A DNA stretch of 32,000 nucleotides from Candidatus Saccharimonas aalborgensis (GCF_000392435.1 NC_021219.1:210001-242000), one strand, 5' to 3'. Shown: positions 1 to 11,742, counted from the first letter of the stretch. The notes: generated by a model not told the origin, from the sequence alone. Numbers and translations: made by a program.

Positions 1-101
1 GTTGGCGCCAAAAACATGAGAGCGATTGTTCGCTTGTCATGCCATAATTGCTCAATGATTCGCCATGCTGTTGCAAGAGTTACCCTCAAATGGTAGATCA
101 T
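1..101 (-). CDS. ABC-2 type transporter permease, N-terminal fragment (gene continues past window start)
   Basis: ATG at 101..99 overlaps the TGA stop (98..100) of the upstream ATPase gene (ATGA coupling). My translation MIYHLRVTLATAWRIIEQLWHDKRTIALMFLAP stays open to position 1 and looks like ABC-2 permease N-termini. Confidence 0.5.
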   Translation of the reverse strand, partial: MIYHLRVTLATAWRIIEQLWHDKRTIALMFLAP

Positions 102-802
102 TTTTGCTCCTCAATCATTGCGACAAAGGCGTCGCCAACGGTCGATTTTTTTGTTCTGACGAGAAGTGCTTTTTTGCTATCGTTCCATAGCATTTCGCCT
201 GCCCGCAATAAGACTAACTCATCGCAGCGTTCTGCCTCATCCATGACATGACTCGAAATGAGAAGTGTCTTTCCCTTTTTGGCGAGTTTATCAAACAACT
301 GCCACAGATCGTTTCTTAAAATGGGGTCCAGGCCAACGGTTGGTTCATCAAGGACGAGAAGATCGGGATTACCGATCAATGCGACTGCTAAGTTTACACG
401 AGCCCGCTGCCCACCTGACAAATTGTCGACAAGACGTTTGCGATAGCGTGTCATATCTACCTCTTTAAGCACACGCTCAACCTCATGCGCATGAGCACCA
501 CTCACCCGCGCAAAATAGCGCAGGTTCTGTTCAACCGTGAGATCACCATATACTGCAGGGGCTTGCGTCGCATAGCCAATCCTTGATCGTAGTAACGCAT
601 TCCCAGCAGGAATACCAAATACCATGAGAGATCCCCGATACCGCTGAACACCAACTATCACTCTCATCAGGGTTGTTTTGCCGCTGCCACTTGGTCCCAC
701 AAGACCAATGAGTTTACCCGGGGGAATAGAGAAGGTTACATTATGAATAATTTTCTGATTATTTCGACTGACCAGCAGACCGCTAGCAACTATTGCATCC
801 AT
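98..802 (-). CDS. ABC transporter ATP-binding protein (ABC-2/DrrA-like exporter ATPase)
   Basis: Walker A GPSGSGKTT, ABC signature LSGGQRARV, Walker B LLVLDEPT, H-loop SSHVM. Confidence 0.95.
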   Translation of the reverse strand: MDAIVASGLLVSRNNQKIIHNVTFSIPPGKLIGLVGPSGSGKTTLMRVIVGVQRYRGSLMVFGIPAGNALLRSRIGYATQAPAVYGDLTVEQNLRYFARVSGAHAHEVERVLKEVDMTRYRKRLVDNLSGGQRARVNLAVALIGNPDLLVLDEPTVGLDPILRNDLWQLFDKLAKKGKTLLISSHVMDEAERCDELVLLRAGEMLWNDSKKALLVRTKKSTVGDAFVAMIEEQK

Positions 803-824
803 ATGACCATTGTATCACTCAATA

Positions 825-4794
<3,970 letters not shown>

Positions 4795-4801
<7 letters not shown>

Positions 4802-5676
4802 TTGTGCATATCCTTCTTGAGACGAGCTATCCTTGCCTCGAGAGGAGGGTGCGTACTAAAAAGCTGGGCGATGAGACCCGGCTTCAACGGATTAGAAAAA
4901 AACAAGTGAGCAGTCGAGGTGCTTTGACGACGCATCGGTTGACCATATTCCATAAGTTTTTCGAGCGCGCTTGCCAACCCCTCAGGATCACGTGTTGAAA
5001 ACACTCCTGTGGCGTCGGCCAGATATTCGCGCTGGCGGCTGATCGCCATCTGGATCATCGCGGCAATAAGCGGTGATATAAGTATCAGCACAAAGCCAAT
5101 CACATAAAACAGTGGGCTGTTTGCGTTGTCTTCGCGGTCGTCTCCCCCAAACCACATCAGGCGAAATGCCATGTCCGACAAGAGGCCGATAGCACTCACC
5201 AAACCAAACGCAATCATGCTAACACGTATATCGTAGTTGCGCACATGACCCATCTCGTGAGCAATCACCGCCGTCAGCTCGCGGTTGTCCATGATCTCGA
5301 GTAATCCTGTTGTTGCCGCCACTACTGCATGTTCGGGATCACGACCAGTCGCGAACGCATTTGGTGAAGGGTCATCGATAAGACATACTTTTGGCATTGG
5401 CATGCCTGTGGTGATCGATAGATTTTCGACAGTACGCCATAGACGAGGACTGTCTGCTTTGGTGATTTCCCGCGCACCAGTTGTTACGAGCGCTAGCTTA
5501 TCGGCAATGACGTACTGAATCAATGCGTATACACCAGCAACAACGAGTACACCAATTCCTATACTTGACTGTCCATTGATTGCACCCACGAGCCACCCAA
5601 TAGCACCCACAAATCCAACGAATACCGTCATAATCATGACGGTATTTCGTTTGTTTGCTGCGATTGCCTTATACAT
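4795..5676 (-). CDS. htpX: M48-family zinc metalloprotease HtpX
   Basis: HEMGH zinc motif, N-terminal TM helices, downstream E..ADA motif (REYLADA), conserved pairing with lemA. Confidence 0.9.
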
Positions 5677-5692
5677 GAATTGCTAGTCGAGA

Positions 5693-6268
5693 CTAGAACT
5701 TGACTTCAACGGGTTTCTCAACAGCTGCGCGATCCTCGACCTCAAAGAACTCGCGTTGCTTGAAACCAAGCATACCTGCAATCGTATTTGCCGGGAACAT
5801 CTGAATCTTAGTGTTGAGGCTGCTAACACCACCATTGTAGAAGCGTCGTGCTGCCTGTATCTTATCCTCGGTATCAACCAGCTCGTTTTGCAGTTGGAGG
5901 AAGTTTTCATTTGCCTTGAGCTGAGGATAGTTCTCTGCTACCGCAAAAAGGCTCTTGAGAGCACCCTCGAATTGATTTTCTGCTTGAGCAGTTGCTTTTG
6001 GCCCCTGAGAGCTGGCATTGACAACGTTTGCCCTGGCTTCGGTGACATTTTCAAATACTTGTTTCTCGTGCGCTGCGTAGCCTTTAACCGCCTCTACAAG
6101 ATTTGGAATAAGGTCGGTACGCCGCTTAAGCTGGACGGTGATATCGCTCCACGCTTCATCGACACGTACTTTGAGTTTGACAAGACCGTTGTACGTTGCC
6201 CAAACAAAGAGGACAAGCAAAACAACCACACCGCCCACGATGAGTAAGGTTACTGTTACTGGATCCAT
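5693..6268 (-). CDS. lemA: LemA family protein
   Basis: N-terminal TM helix followed by a LemA-type helical domain (YNGLV..L..RR.DLIPNLV..VKGYA.HE...F..V..AR). The gene ends in TAG (5693..5695). Confidence 0.9.
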   Translation of the reverse strand: MDPVTVTLLIVGGVVVLLVLFVWATYNGLVKLKVRVDEAWSDITVQLKRRTDLIPNLVEAVKGYAAHEKQVFENVTEARANVVNASSQGPKATAQAENQFEGALKSLFAVAENYPQLKANENFLQLQNELVDTEDKIQAARRFYNGGVSSLNTKIQMFPANTIAGMLGFKQREFFEVEDRAAVEKPVEVKF

Positions 6269-6308
6269 GAGTTCTTTTACCCTTTCTTTCTCTACTTTTA
6301 CTGTCTAC

Positions 6309-6317
6309 AGTATACCA
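6309..6317 (-). promoter_or_regulatory. putative extended -10 element (TGgTATACT) upstream of lemA-htpX
   Basis: The minus strand reads TGGTATACT about 40 nt upstream of the lemA ATG (6268), with an AAAGGG Shine-Dalgarno-like element (SD) between them. No clear -35. Confidence 0.35.
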
Positions 6318-6391
6318 CTCGCCGCGCTAAAAGAATAGCTCAACCTATCATGACATCCTAGCAGGACAAAGACTGTCTAGTATTTGTTGAA

Positions 6392-6769
6392 TTAATTACC
6401 CGACTCCGCGTCTAAAGCATGACGGTGTCTCACATACTCTTCGATCGTCTGGGCGTCAGAAAATACTAGATAATATTCCCGCCTGTATGCTTCTTGAACA
6501 CTAAGGGGTTCGTCACCCGTCAGGTCTCTTGTTGTGTCTTTTTTCGAATATAGTTGAGCAAACCTCACATAATCAAATGATTCCTTATTGGGGTTGGCTG
6601 CTATTGCCTCAGCGATCGCCTCTGCAATTGTTCGATCTTGCTCTGCAAGCGTAGCCGCCATAAGTGATTCGTGAGTAGGGCCAGGTACAAATCCATCGGG
6701 CACAAGGTTATTTGTGCTGTCATGCTTGGGTGGTGAAAATTCCGTACCGTTCATTTTACTTATCTCCAT
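6392..6769 (-). CDS. small acidic hypothetical protein (third gene of the kinase/Fic-HD cassette); real start may be ATG 6754
   Basis: 125-aa ORF starting 15 nt after the HD gene stop. The second ATG (6754, MNGTEF) is preceded by GGAGATAAGTAAA, a better SD. No recognisable motif. Confidence 0.6.
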   Translation of the reverse strand: MEISKMNGTEFSPPKHDSTNNLVPDGFVPGPTHESLMAATLAEQDRTIAEAIAEAIAANPNKESFDYVRFAQLYSKKDTTRDLTGDEPLSVQEAYRREYYLVFSDAQTIEEYVRHRHALDAESGN

Positions 6770-6784
6770 TTCTATTATAACGTA

Positions 6785-7378
6785 TCACTCTTTAATTTTA
6801 CTAGATATCTCTTGATCCAGCTTCGACCGTAACAGATTAGCAAATAAATGTACCGACGAGTTGAGTAGTGACGCTGCCTTATTATGTGTCAAGAACTCAC
6901 TGGAGCCAAGAACTGTCATTGTGCGTTCCATAATTGGCCTAAAAAAATCGTTTCCCCATTCGATACCAAGCTGGTGTAGATTATAAGCAACACTGGTCGT
7001 GTTATCGATTAGATCTCCATACTTAATAATTCGTACTTCCTCGGGCGCAGAGGCAATTTGCTGCATATATTTGTCAGTGTGATAATCATCCTCGTGGTTG
7101 GTCAGTAGTTCAATAAATGATAGTACACGTTCTCCATACTGATCGCGCAAAAGTTCGCGAGGAATATCCGTATCTTCGAGCAAATCGTGACCCAGCGCCG
7201 CCAGAGTGATATCCTCTAGTAACCCTTTATCCCTAACAGAGCCGGTGGCTGTAAGCGCATATTCAACAATATTTGCAACATTTTGACAATGTATCGTAAC
7301 GGGCACGTCACCCCTAAACTGCCCCTTATGCCACTGACTAACCGTATCTAGCATCTGTCTATGTTTATCGCTTATCAT
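6785..7378 (-). CDS. stand-alone RelA/SpoT-type HD hydrolase (HD_4; Mesh1/small alarmone hydrolase-like)
   Basis: WHKGQFR..PVTIHCQNVANIV..AALGHDLLEDT..YGERVLSFIELLTN..IIKYGDLIDN matches the SpoT hydrolase signature (H.GQ.R, P...H..VA, AALLHD..EDT, FG..V, IK.aD...N). The ATG overlaps the upstream gene's stop (ATGA, 7375..7378). Confidence 0.8.
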   Translation of the reverse strand: MISDKHRQMLDTVSQWHKGQFRGDVPVTIHCQNVANIVEYALTATGSVRDKGLLEDITLAALGHDLLEDTDIPRELLRDQYGERVLSFIELLTNHEDDYHTDKYMQQIASAPEEVRIIKYGDLIDNTTSVAYNLHQLGIEWGNDFFRPIMERTMTVLGSSEFLTHNKAASLLNSSVHLFANLLRSKLDQEISSKIKE

Positions 7379-9603
7379 ATGCCCCCATTATCAGTTTTTA
7401 CCATTGACTTATAGTACTGCAGGAAATCTTGCCAAGCCGCTCTATCCGCGATCTGATCAACTCTGACTATACTCCTTGGAGCGTGTTTATAATACTCATC
7501 ACGTCCACCCTTATAGCTCGGCAATGATAAACCGGCACGCATCAAGACAAAGGAGGAGATAGCTTTAGCTGTTTTACCACAGCCATCAGCAAAAAAGTGG
7601 TCAACAAGGTCTATATGGTACTCACAAAAAGCAGCAACCTCGACGGGGTCACTATCGGGGTTGGTTAGTTTTTGATGTAACTCCTCATAAAACTGTTCCA
7701 TGGCAGCAGGCAATTCGTCAAGTCTAGTGTATGGATATTTATCGGAGTCTTCGCCAGTTCTGATAAGAGAACCTTCCTTTACAATACCGTCATTAATCTG
7801 AGCAGCAATAGACTCAACTAATTGTCTAACTTTGCTGGCTGATGAAAAATCTGCGTCTCTTTGTTCAAAAGCCAATGATATCGCCTTATCAAAGTTTGCT
7901 TTAGCTCTTGCTGCGGCTTCATCACCATCGATGGATTCCATACTGGCTGCTTTTGTACTACTCGCCGATGTGTCGATTGTGCCGTTAGCGGTTCGGGAAG
8001 TAGCCAATAGATTATGATTAGCGTCAGCCAAATAACCCTTAAGCTCTTGAGCGGTACCCGCACCTGCCATTATGTCCACCGCTCGGCGTAACGTCTTGCC
8101 CTTAAACCCTCCAAGTCTAGCCGCAACCTTCGCGGCATGTTCACGGCCCTTCTCGCTATTATCGTAGGATGAATTACAGTGTTGCTGTATAAAGGCATCG
8201 TCAATTACCGTGTTACCCAGTACCTCCGCATCAGCTTCCGCTTGCTCAGGCGTACTAAATAATCTAGCGTAAAGTTCTTGTCGTTTCTGATCGACAACAA
8301 CTTTACCATCAATTAGAACAGCTACCACTACAGGTCTTCGCTCATCTGGGTCAAATGCCATAAGCATGTACCCATCAACTGCCGTATTGCTACCAGTCTC
8401 AACCTGCTTTATAAGCTCAGACCTATTTGCTCTAATACCGACAAAACCTTTGATTATTGCATCAAATGGCACATTAGGATCTTCGCCACCTTTTTCGCGC
8501 ATTAATACGCCCACCAGTGAGGATTCTAGCGGTACGTCGACATCAAGAATCCGTACATTACGTTCCGTCTCAGAAGCATTTGCTAAGATGTCCTCTATAT
8601 CTCCGGGGGTTTCGTTGCGCTTATCTAGTACTACTGACATATCAGGATCTGTTAATTGTCGCTCGATTCTTCGGCTTATCATCGATCCCTCATCGTGTAC
8701 TTGTGCGGCACTGATATCTGGGTCACCCTCTCTCAAGGCAAACTTATAGGAATCAGGGTTGATTGCACCCGAGGGTTCTCCCCTTCCGTCTAATATTCCA
8801 GCGAACATTTCGTGACCAGCGCTTAAAGCACGGGTTTTTCCAGATGCAGTATTACCACGCAGAGCATAGATTGTCGGCTTTGGATTTTTTTCTTTGAGCC
8901 TTTCGGAAAGTGCGTGAGCTTTTAAGATTGCTTCTTCGAAAACACTTTCGTGCAACTTGCGCCTTTCAGAATCCCAGCTTTCCGGATTATCAAGCAGGGA
9001 TTTCCTCTCCTGTTTGCTTAAACTATCTAGATTAGCTGATGTAAAGGATTCTATGGAAGAAGTGGTGGTTTCTTTGAGTCGTTTAATCTTAGCTTTGTAG
9101 ACCTCTCGCGCCGCGTGTTCAGGAGTTCTAAGCACCCCTTCAACACGATCAATTTCTTTTGCTATCGCTTCGGCAGTTTCGGGATCTTCTGCTGCTATCT
9201 CTACAGTTGCATCTACTAACTCTTGATCAAAACCATCTCTCTCTAATGTTTCTATGGGGTTACTCCTGCCCACTAAACCCCCGGCTACTGTCTGCTCAGC
9301 AGCTGCTCCAACTGCTTCCGTTATTCTTTCGCTGTCCCCCGGGCCCCTCATTTCATAAGCACCGGCATCGGCTATTGTACGCTCAGCGACATAGGTTAGC
9401 GCCTCACCAGTCTGTTGCTCAAGTTCGGGAGAAGTCAGAGGATTTACATGTTCTTTAATCCAAGATTTTGCACCATCAATCTTATCCCTAATTTTTTCCA
9501 TCAATGGTCGGCGACTTTCTGTTTCAGGGGATTGAAGTGGTACAACTGGAATATTTTCTGGGTTTCTATTTTGTATCACATACAAATTATACGAAAAGCT
9601 CAT
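7375..9603 (-). CDS. large fusion protein: acidic N-terminal region + zeta-toxin-like P-loop kinase + C-terminal Fic/Doc-like domain
   Basis: Residue numbers follow the 770-aa track ORF. Walker A is GNTASGKT (aa 278-285, nt 8833..8856). Zeta-like blocks follow: INPDSYKF, VHDEGSMISRRIERQL, SVVLDKRNETPGDI, VRILDVDVPLESSLVGVLMRE. The C-terminus has VAAFCEYHIDLVDHFFADGCGKTAKAISSFVLMRAGLSLP (nt 7564..7599 = HFFADGCGKTAK), compared with the Fic motif HxFx(D/E)GNGRxxR. Start chosen at ATG 9603 (M29), because the longer ORF would overlap the divergent gene that starts at 9654. Confidence 0.75.
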   Translation of the reverse strand: MSFSYNLYVIQNRNPENIPVVPLQSPETESRRPLMEKIRDKIDGAKSWIKEHVNPLTSPELEQQTGEALTYVAERTIADAGAYEMRGPGDSERITEAVGAAAEQTVAGGLVGRSNPIETLERDGFDQELVDATVEIAAEDPETAEAIAKEIDRVEGVLRTPEHAAREVYKAKIKRLKETTTSSIESFTSANLDSLSKQERKSLLDNPESWDSERRKLHESVFEEAILKAHALSERLKEKNPKPTIYALRGNTASGKTRALSAGHEMFAGILDGRGEPSGAINPDSYKFALREGDPDISAAQVHDEGSMISRRIERQLTDPDMSVVLDKRNETPGDIEDILANASETERNVRILDVDVPLESSLVGVLMREKGGEDPNVPFDAIIKGFVGIRANRSELIKQVETGSNTAVDGYMLMAFDPDERRPVVVAVLIDGKVVVDQKRQELYARLFSTPEQAEADAEVLGNTVIDDAFIQQHCNSSYDNSEKGREHAAKVAARLGGFKGKTLRRAVDIMAGAGTAQELKGYLADANHNLLATSRTANGTIDTSASSTKAASMESIDGDEAAARAKANFDKAISLAFEQRDADFSSASKVRQLVESIAAQINDGIVKEGSLIRTGEDSDKYPYTRLDELPAAMEQFYEELHQKLTNPDSDPVEVAAFCEYHIDLVDHFFADGCGKTAKAISSFVLMRAGLSLPSYKGGRDEYYKHAPRSIVRVDQIADRAAWQDFLQYYKSMVKTDNGGI

Positions 9604-9653
9604 GTTATTTACCACACCAGTGAATAAACAAGTAACGATGGTAGAATTAGTAT

Positions 9654-10694
9654 ATGAAACACTTCCAAACCCTTCCCAAACTCTCACCGGGCGACCAAGT
9701 TGGTATTATTTCACCGTCTGCGGGACTACCAGGACTCTTTCCATGGGTACAAGATTTGGGCCTAGAGCGCATGCGAGATATATTCGGTCTTATTCCTGTA
9801 GAATATCCCACCACACGTATGATGAATGCTTCGCTTGAGGACAGAGCGCGCGATATCATGGCCGCATTTGCCGACCCGAACAACAAAGCAGTGTTTGCTT
9901 CTATAGGCGGTAATGATCAGATAAAACTTATCAAGTACCTTGACCCACAGGTATTCAGAGATAATCCAAAGCCGTTTTTTGGCTATAGCGACAATACACA
10001 TTTGCACAATTTCTTGTGGAATTTGGGTATACCATCGTACTATGGCGGCGGTATTATGAATCAATTTGGTATGAATGTCCGAATGTTTGATATGACGATA
10101 GATTCTCTCAAGCACGCCCTATTTAACAAGGGCGAATTTCCTCTTGATATCGCAAATAACTATAATGATGAGGGCTTAGACTGGTCAGTAAAAAATAACT
10201 TGGCGTTGGAACGCAAACTTGAACCAAACGATGGCATATACTGGGATGGCACCACAAACGCTAAAGGTATTTTGTGGGGTGGCTGCGTAGAAAGCCTAGT
10301 GGCTCAAATGGCAACAGCAAAATATCTACCAAGTGATAAAGACATTGATGGCACAATCTTAGTATTGGAGACCTCGGAGAACATACCTCAACACTGGATT
10401 ATTGAATATCTACTAGTAGGACTAGGTGAGCGCGGCTGGCTGGATAAGTTCCAGGCTGTGTTAGTTGGAAGACCAAAGGCGTGGGAATTTAACAAACAGA
10501 TGACGCCGCAACAAAAAGCAGACTACCGAGATCAACAACGCAAAACGGTTGTAGGTACTATACGCCAATATAACGCACGTATTCCGATCGTCCAAAATAT
10601 TGACTTCGGACATACCGATCCCCAAACGGTATTACCCCTCGGCCAGAAAGCGCGAGTCATAGTAGATAAGCAAATAATATACTTGAGTTACTAA
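9654..10694 (+). CDS. S66-family LD-carboxypeptidase (LdcA/MccF-like)
   Basis: L.PGD.VGIISPS, IGGNDQIKLIKYLD, nucleophile motif GYSDNTHLH, C-terminal DFGHTDP. Confidence 0.85.
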   Translation: MKHFQTLPKLSPGDQVGIISPSAGLPGLFPWVQDLGLERMRDIFGLIPVEYPTTRMMNASLEDRARDIMAAFADPNNKAVFASIGGNDQIKLIKYLDPQVFRDNPKPFFGYSDNTHLHNFLWNLGIPSYYGGGIMNQFGMNVRMFDMTIDSLKHALFNKGEFPLDIANNYNDEGLDWSVKNNLALERKLEPNDGIYWDGTTNAKGILWGGCVESLVAQMATAKYLPSDKDIDGTILVLETSENIPQHWIIEYLLVGLGERGWLDKFQAVLVGRPKAWEFNKQMTPQQKADYRDQQRKTVVGTIRQYNARIPIVQNIDFGHTDPQTVLPLGQKARVIVDKQIIYLSY

Positions 10695-10744
10695 ATCTCA
10701 GAAAAGCCAGAAAAACAGAGGCGAACTTGAATATTATTCCAACC

Positions 10745-10830
10745 TGGTGCGCGGGGCGGGAATCGAACCCGCACGACTTTTGGTCAAGGGATTTTAAGTC
10801 CCTCGCGTCTACCTATTCCGCCACCCGCGC
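10745..10830 (-). tRNA. tRNA-Leu(UAA), class II with long variable arm, CCA encoded
   Basis: Hand fold: acceptor GCGCGGG/CCCGCGC, anticodon loop CUUAAAA, variable arm GAC-CAAA-GUC, T arm GCGGG-UUCGAUU-CCCGC, discriminator A, CCA. Confidence 0.9.
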
Positions 10831-10852
10831 TCAACTTTAGTATACTAGAAAT

Positions 10853-11443
10853 ATGAAGCAAATCCTCATAATTCATGGTGGTGAAAGTTACAATTCATAC
10901 AACGCCTATTTGACGAAGCTGCGATCAAAGCGTGTTGACTATGACCGCCTAAAGGTTCATCAGAAATGGAAACCATGGATCGCAAATCAAATAAAAGATG
11001 CCGACGTACTCCTTCCTGAGTTTCCCAATGCGTGGAATGCTGTCTACGATGAGTGGAAATTATATTTTGAGAAACTCATCCCCTTCTTCGGCAATGACGT
11101 TCAGTTAGTGGGGCATTCCCTCGGCGCTATGTTTTTGGCAAAATACCTTCATGAGGTTCCGCTCAAACAAAAAGTGAAGCGACTTATTTTGGTCGCACCG
11201 GTTTACGACAATGACTTTACGGGAGATAATGGTAGTTTTCTCGTTGGTGACGCACGTGGTCTCGATAAGAGTGCGAATGAAATCCACTTGTTTCATAGCA
11301 AAGATGACCCTCTCGTGCCATTTGCTGAACTAACAAAGTTTCACCGTGATTTGCCCGATGCCATAGTTCATACGTTTGAAAACCGTGGGCATTTCATCGA
11401 GGAGACATTTCCCGAGATGCTCGAACTCCTCAAAAAGAAATAA
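10853..11443 (+). CDS. YdeN/RBBP9-like serine hydrolase (alpha/beta fold)
   Basis: ~195 aa, starts ILIIHGG, nucleophile elbow VGHSLGA, late D (HSKDDPLVP) and H (NRGHF), as in this small esterase family. Confidence 0.8.
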   Translation: MKQILIIHGGESYNSYNAYLTKLRSKRVDYDRLKVHQKWKPWIANQIKDADVLLPEFPNAWNAVYDEWKLYFEKLIPFFGNDVQLVGHSLGAMFLAKYLHEVPLKQKVKRLILVAPVYDNDFTGDNGSFLVGDARGLDKSANEIHLFHSKDDPLVPFAELTKFHRDLPDAIVHTFENRGHFIEETFPEMLELLKKK

Positions 11444-11467
11444 CCTCGAGCCATCGAGATTATTTCA

Positions 11468-11541
11468 TGGAGGCACGTATGGGAGTTGCACCCATCTACG
11501 CGGTTTTGCAGACCGCTGCGTAACTGCTCCGCCAACGCGCC
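11468..11541 (-). tRNA. tRNA-Cys(GCA), CCA encoded, atypical D/T loops
   Basis: Hand fold: acceptor GGCGCGU/ACGUGCC (one G-U), anticodon loop CUGCAAA, discriminator U73 (a Cys identity element), T arm AUGGG-UGCAACU-CCCAU. Confidence 0.8.
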
Positions 11542-11591
11542 ACGTTTTTTAGTATAACAAATAGATTAGCTTTGGTCTCTCGGAATAATAA

Positions 11592-11612
11592 GAGATGCCT
11601 TGGAGGCATCTT
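11592..11612 (-). terminator. stem-loop between tRNA-Leu(GAG) and tRNA-Cys (possible terminator or processing hairpin)
   Basis: AGATGCCT-TGG-AGGCATCT forms an 8-9 bp stem with a 3-nt loop. On the minus strand it lies 6 nt after the tRNA-Leu 3' end and is followed by CTTATTATT. Confidence 0.3.
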
Positions 11613-11617
11613 ATTTG

Positions 11618-11705
11618 TGGTGCACTGAAGAAGACTTGAACTTCCACGATCGCAATGATCACTAGCCCCTCAAGCTAGCGCGTCTACCAATTCCGCCACC
11701 AGTGC
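11618..11705 (-). tRNA. tRNA-Leu(GAG), class II with long variable arm, CCA encoded
   Basis: Hand fold: acceptor GCACUGG/UCAGUGC (one G-U), anticodon loop UUGAGGG, T arm GGAAG-UUCAAGU-CUUCU, D loop with GG. Confidence 0.85.
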
Positions 11706-11742
11706 ATATCACCTGTTGGATACCCCCATAGTATACTGCAAT

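Noticed and set aside
7564-7599. Reading GCGKT within HFFADGCGKTAK as a second Walker A P-loop
   Set aside because: The spacing does not fit [AG]-x4-G-K-[ST], because the residue five positions before the Gly-Lys is Phe. The surrounding helical context matches Fido domains better.
9604-9687. Longer N-terminus (28 extra codons) for the kinase/Fic gene, and similarly 3694..3753 for ligA
   Set aside because: The kinase/Fic extension would overlap the divergent gene's start at 9654 and encodes non-homologous residues. For ligA, a GGAGG SD precedes the internal ATG at 3693.
9654-10694. MccF-like S66 peptidase as a fourth component (immunity) of the kinase/Fic cassette
   Set aside because: The only evidence is divergent adjacency. 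S66 enzymes are common peptidoglycan-recycling LD-carboxypeptidases. I cannot support a functional link from the sequence alone, so it is kept as context.
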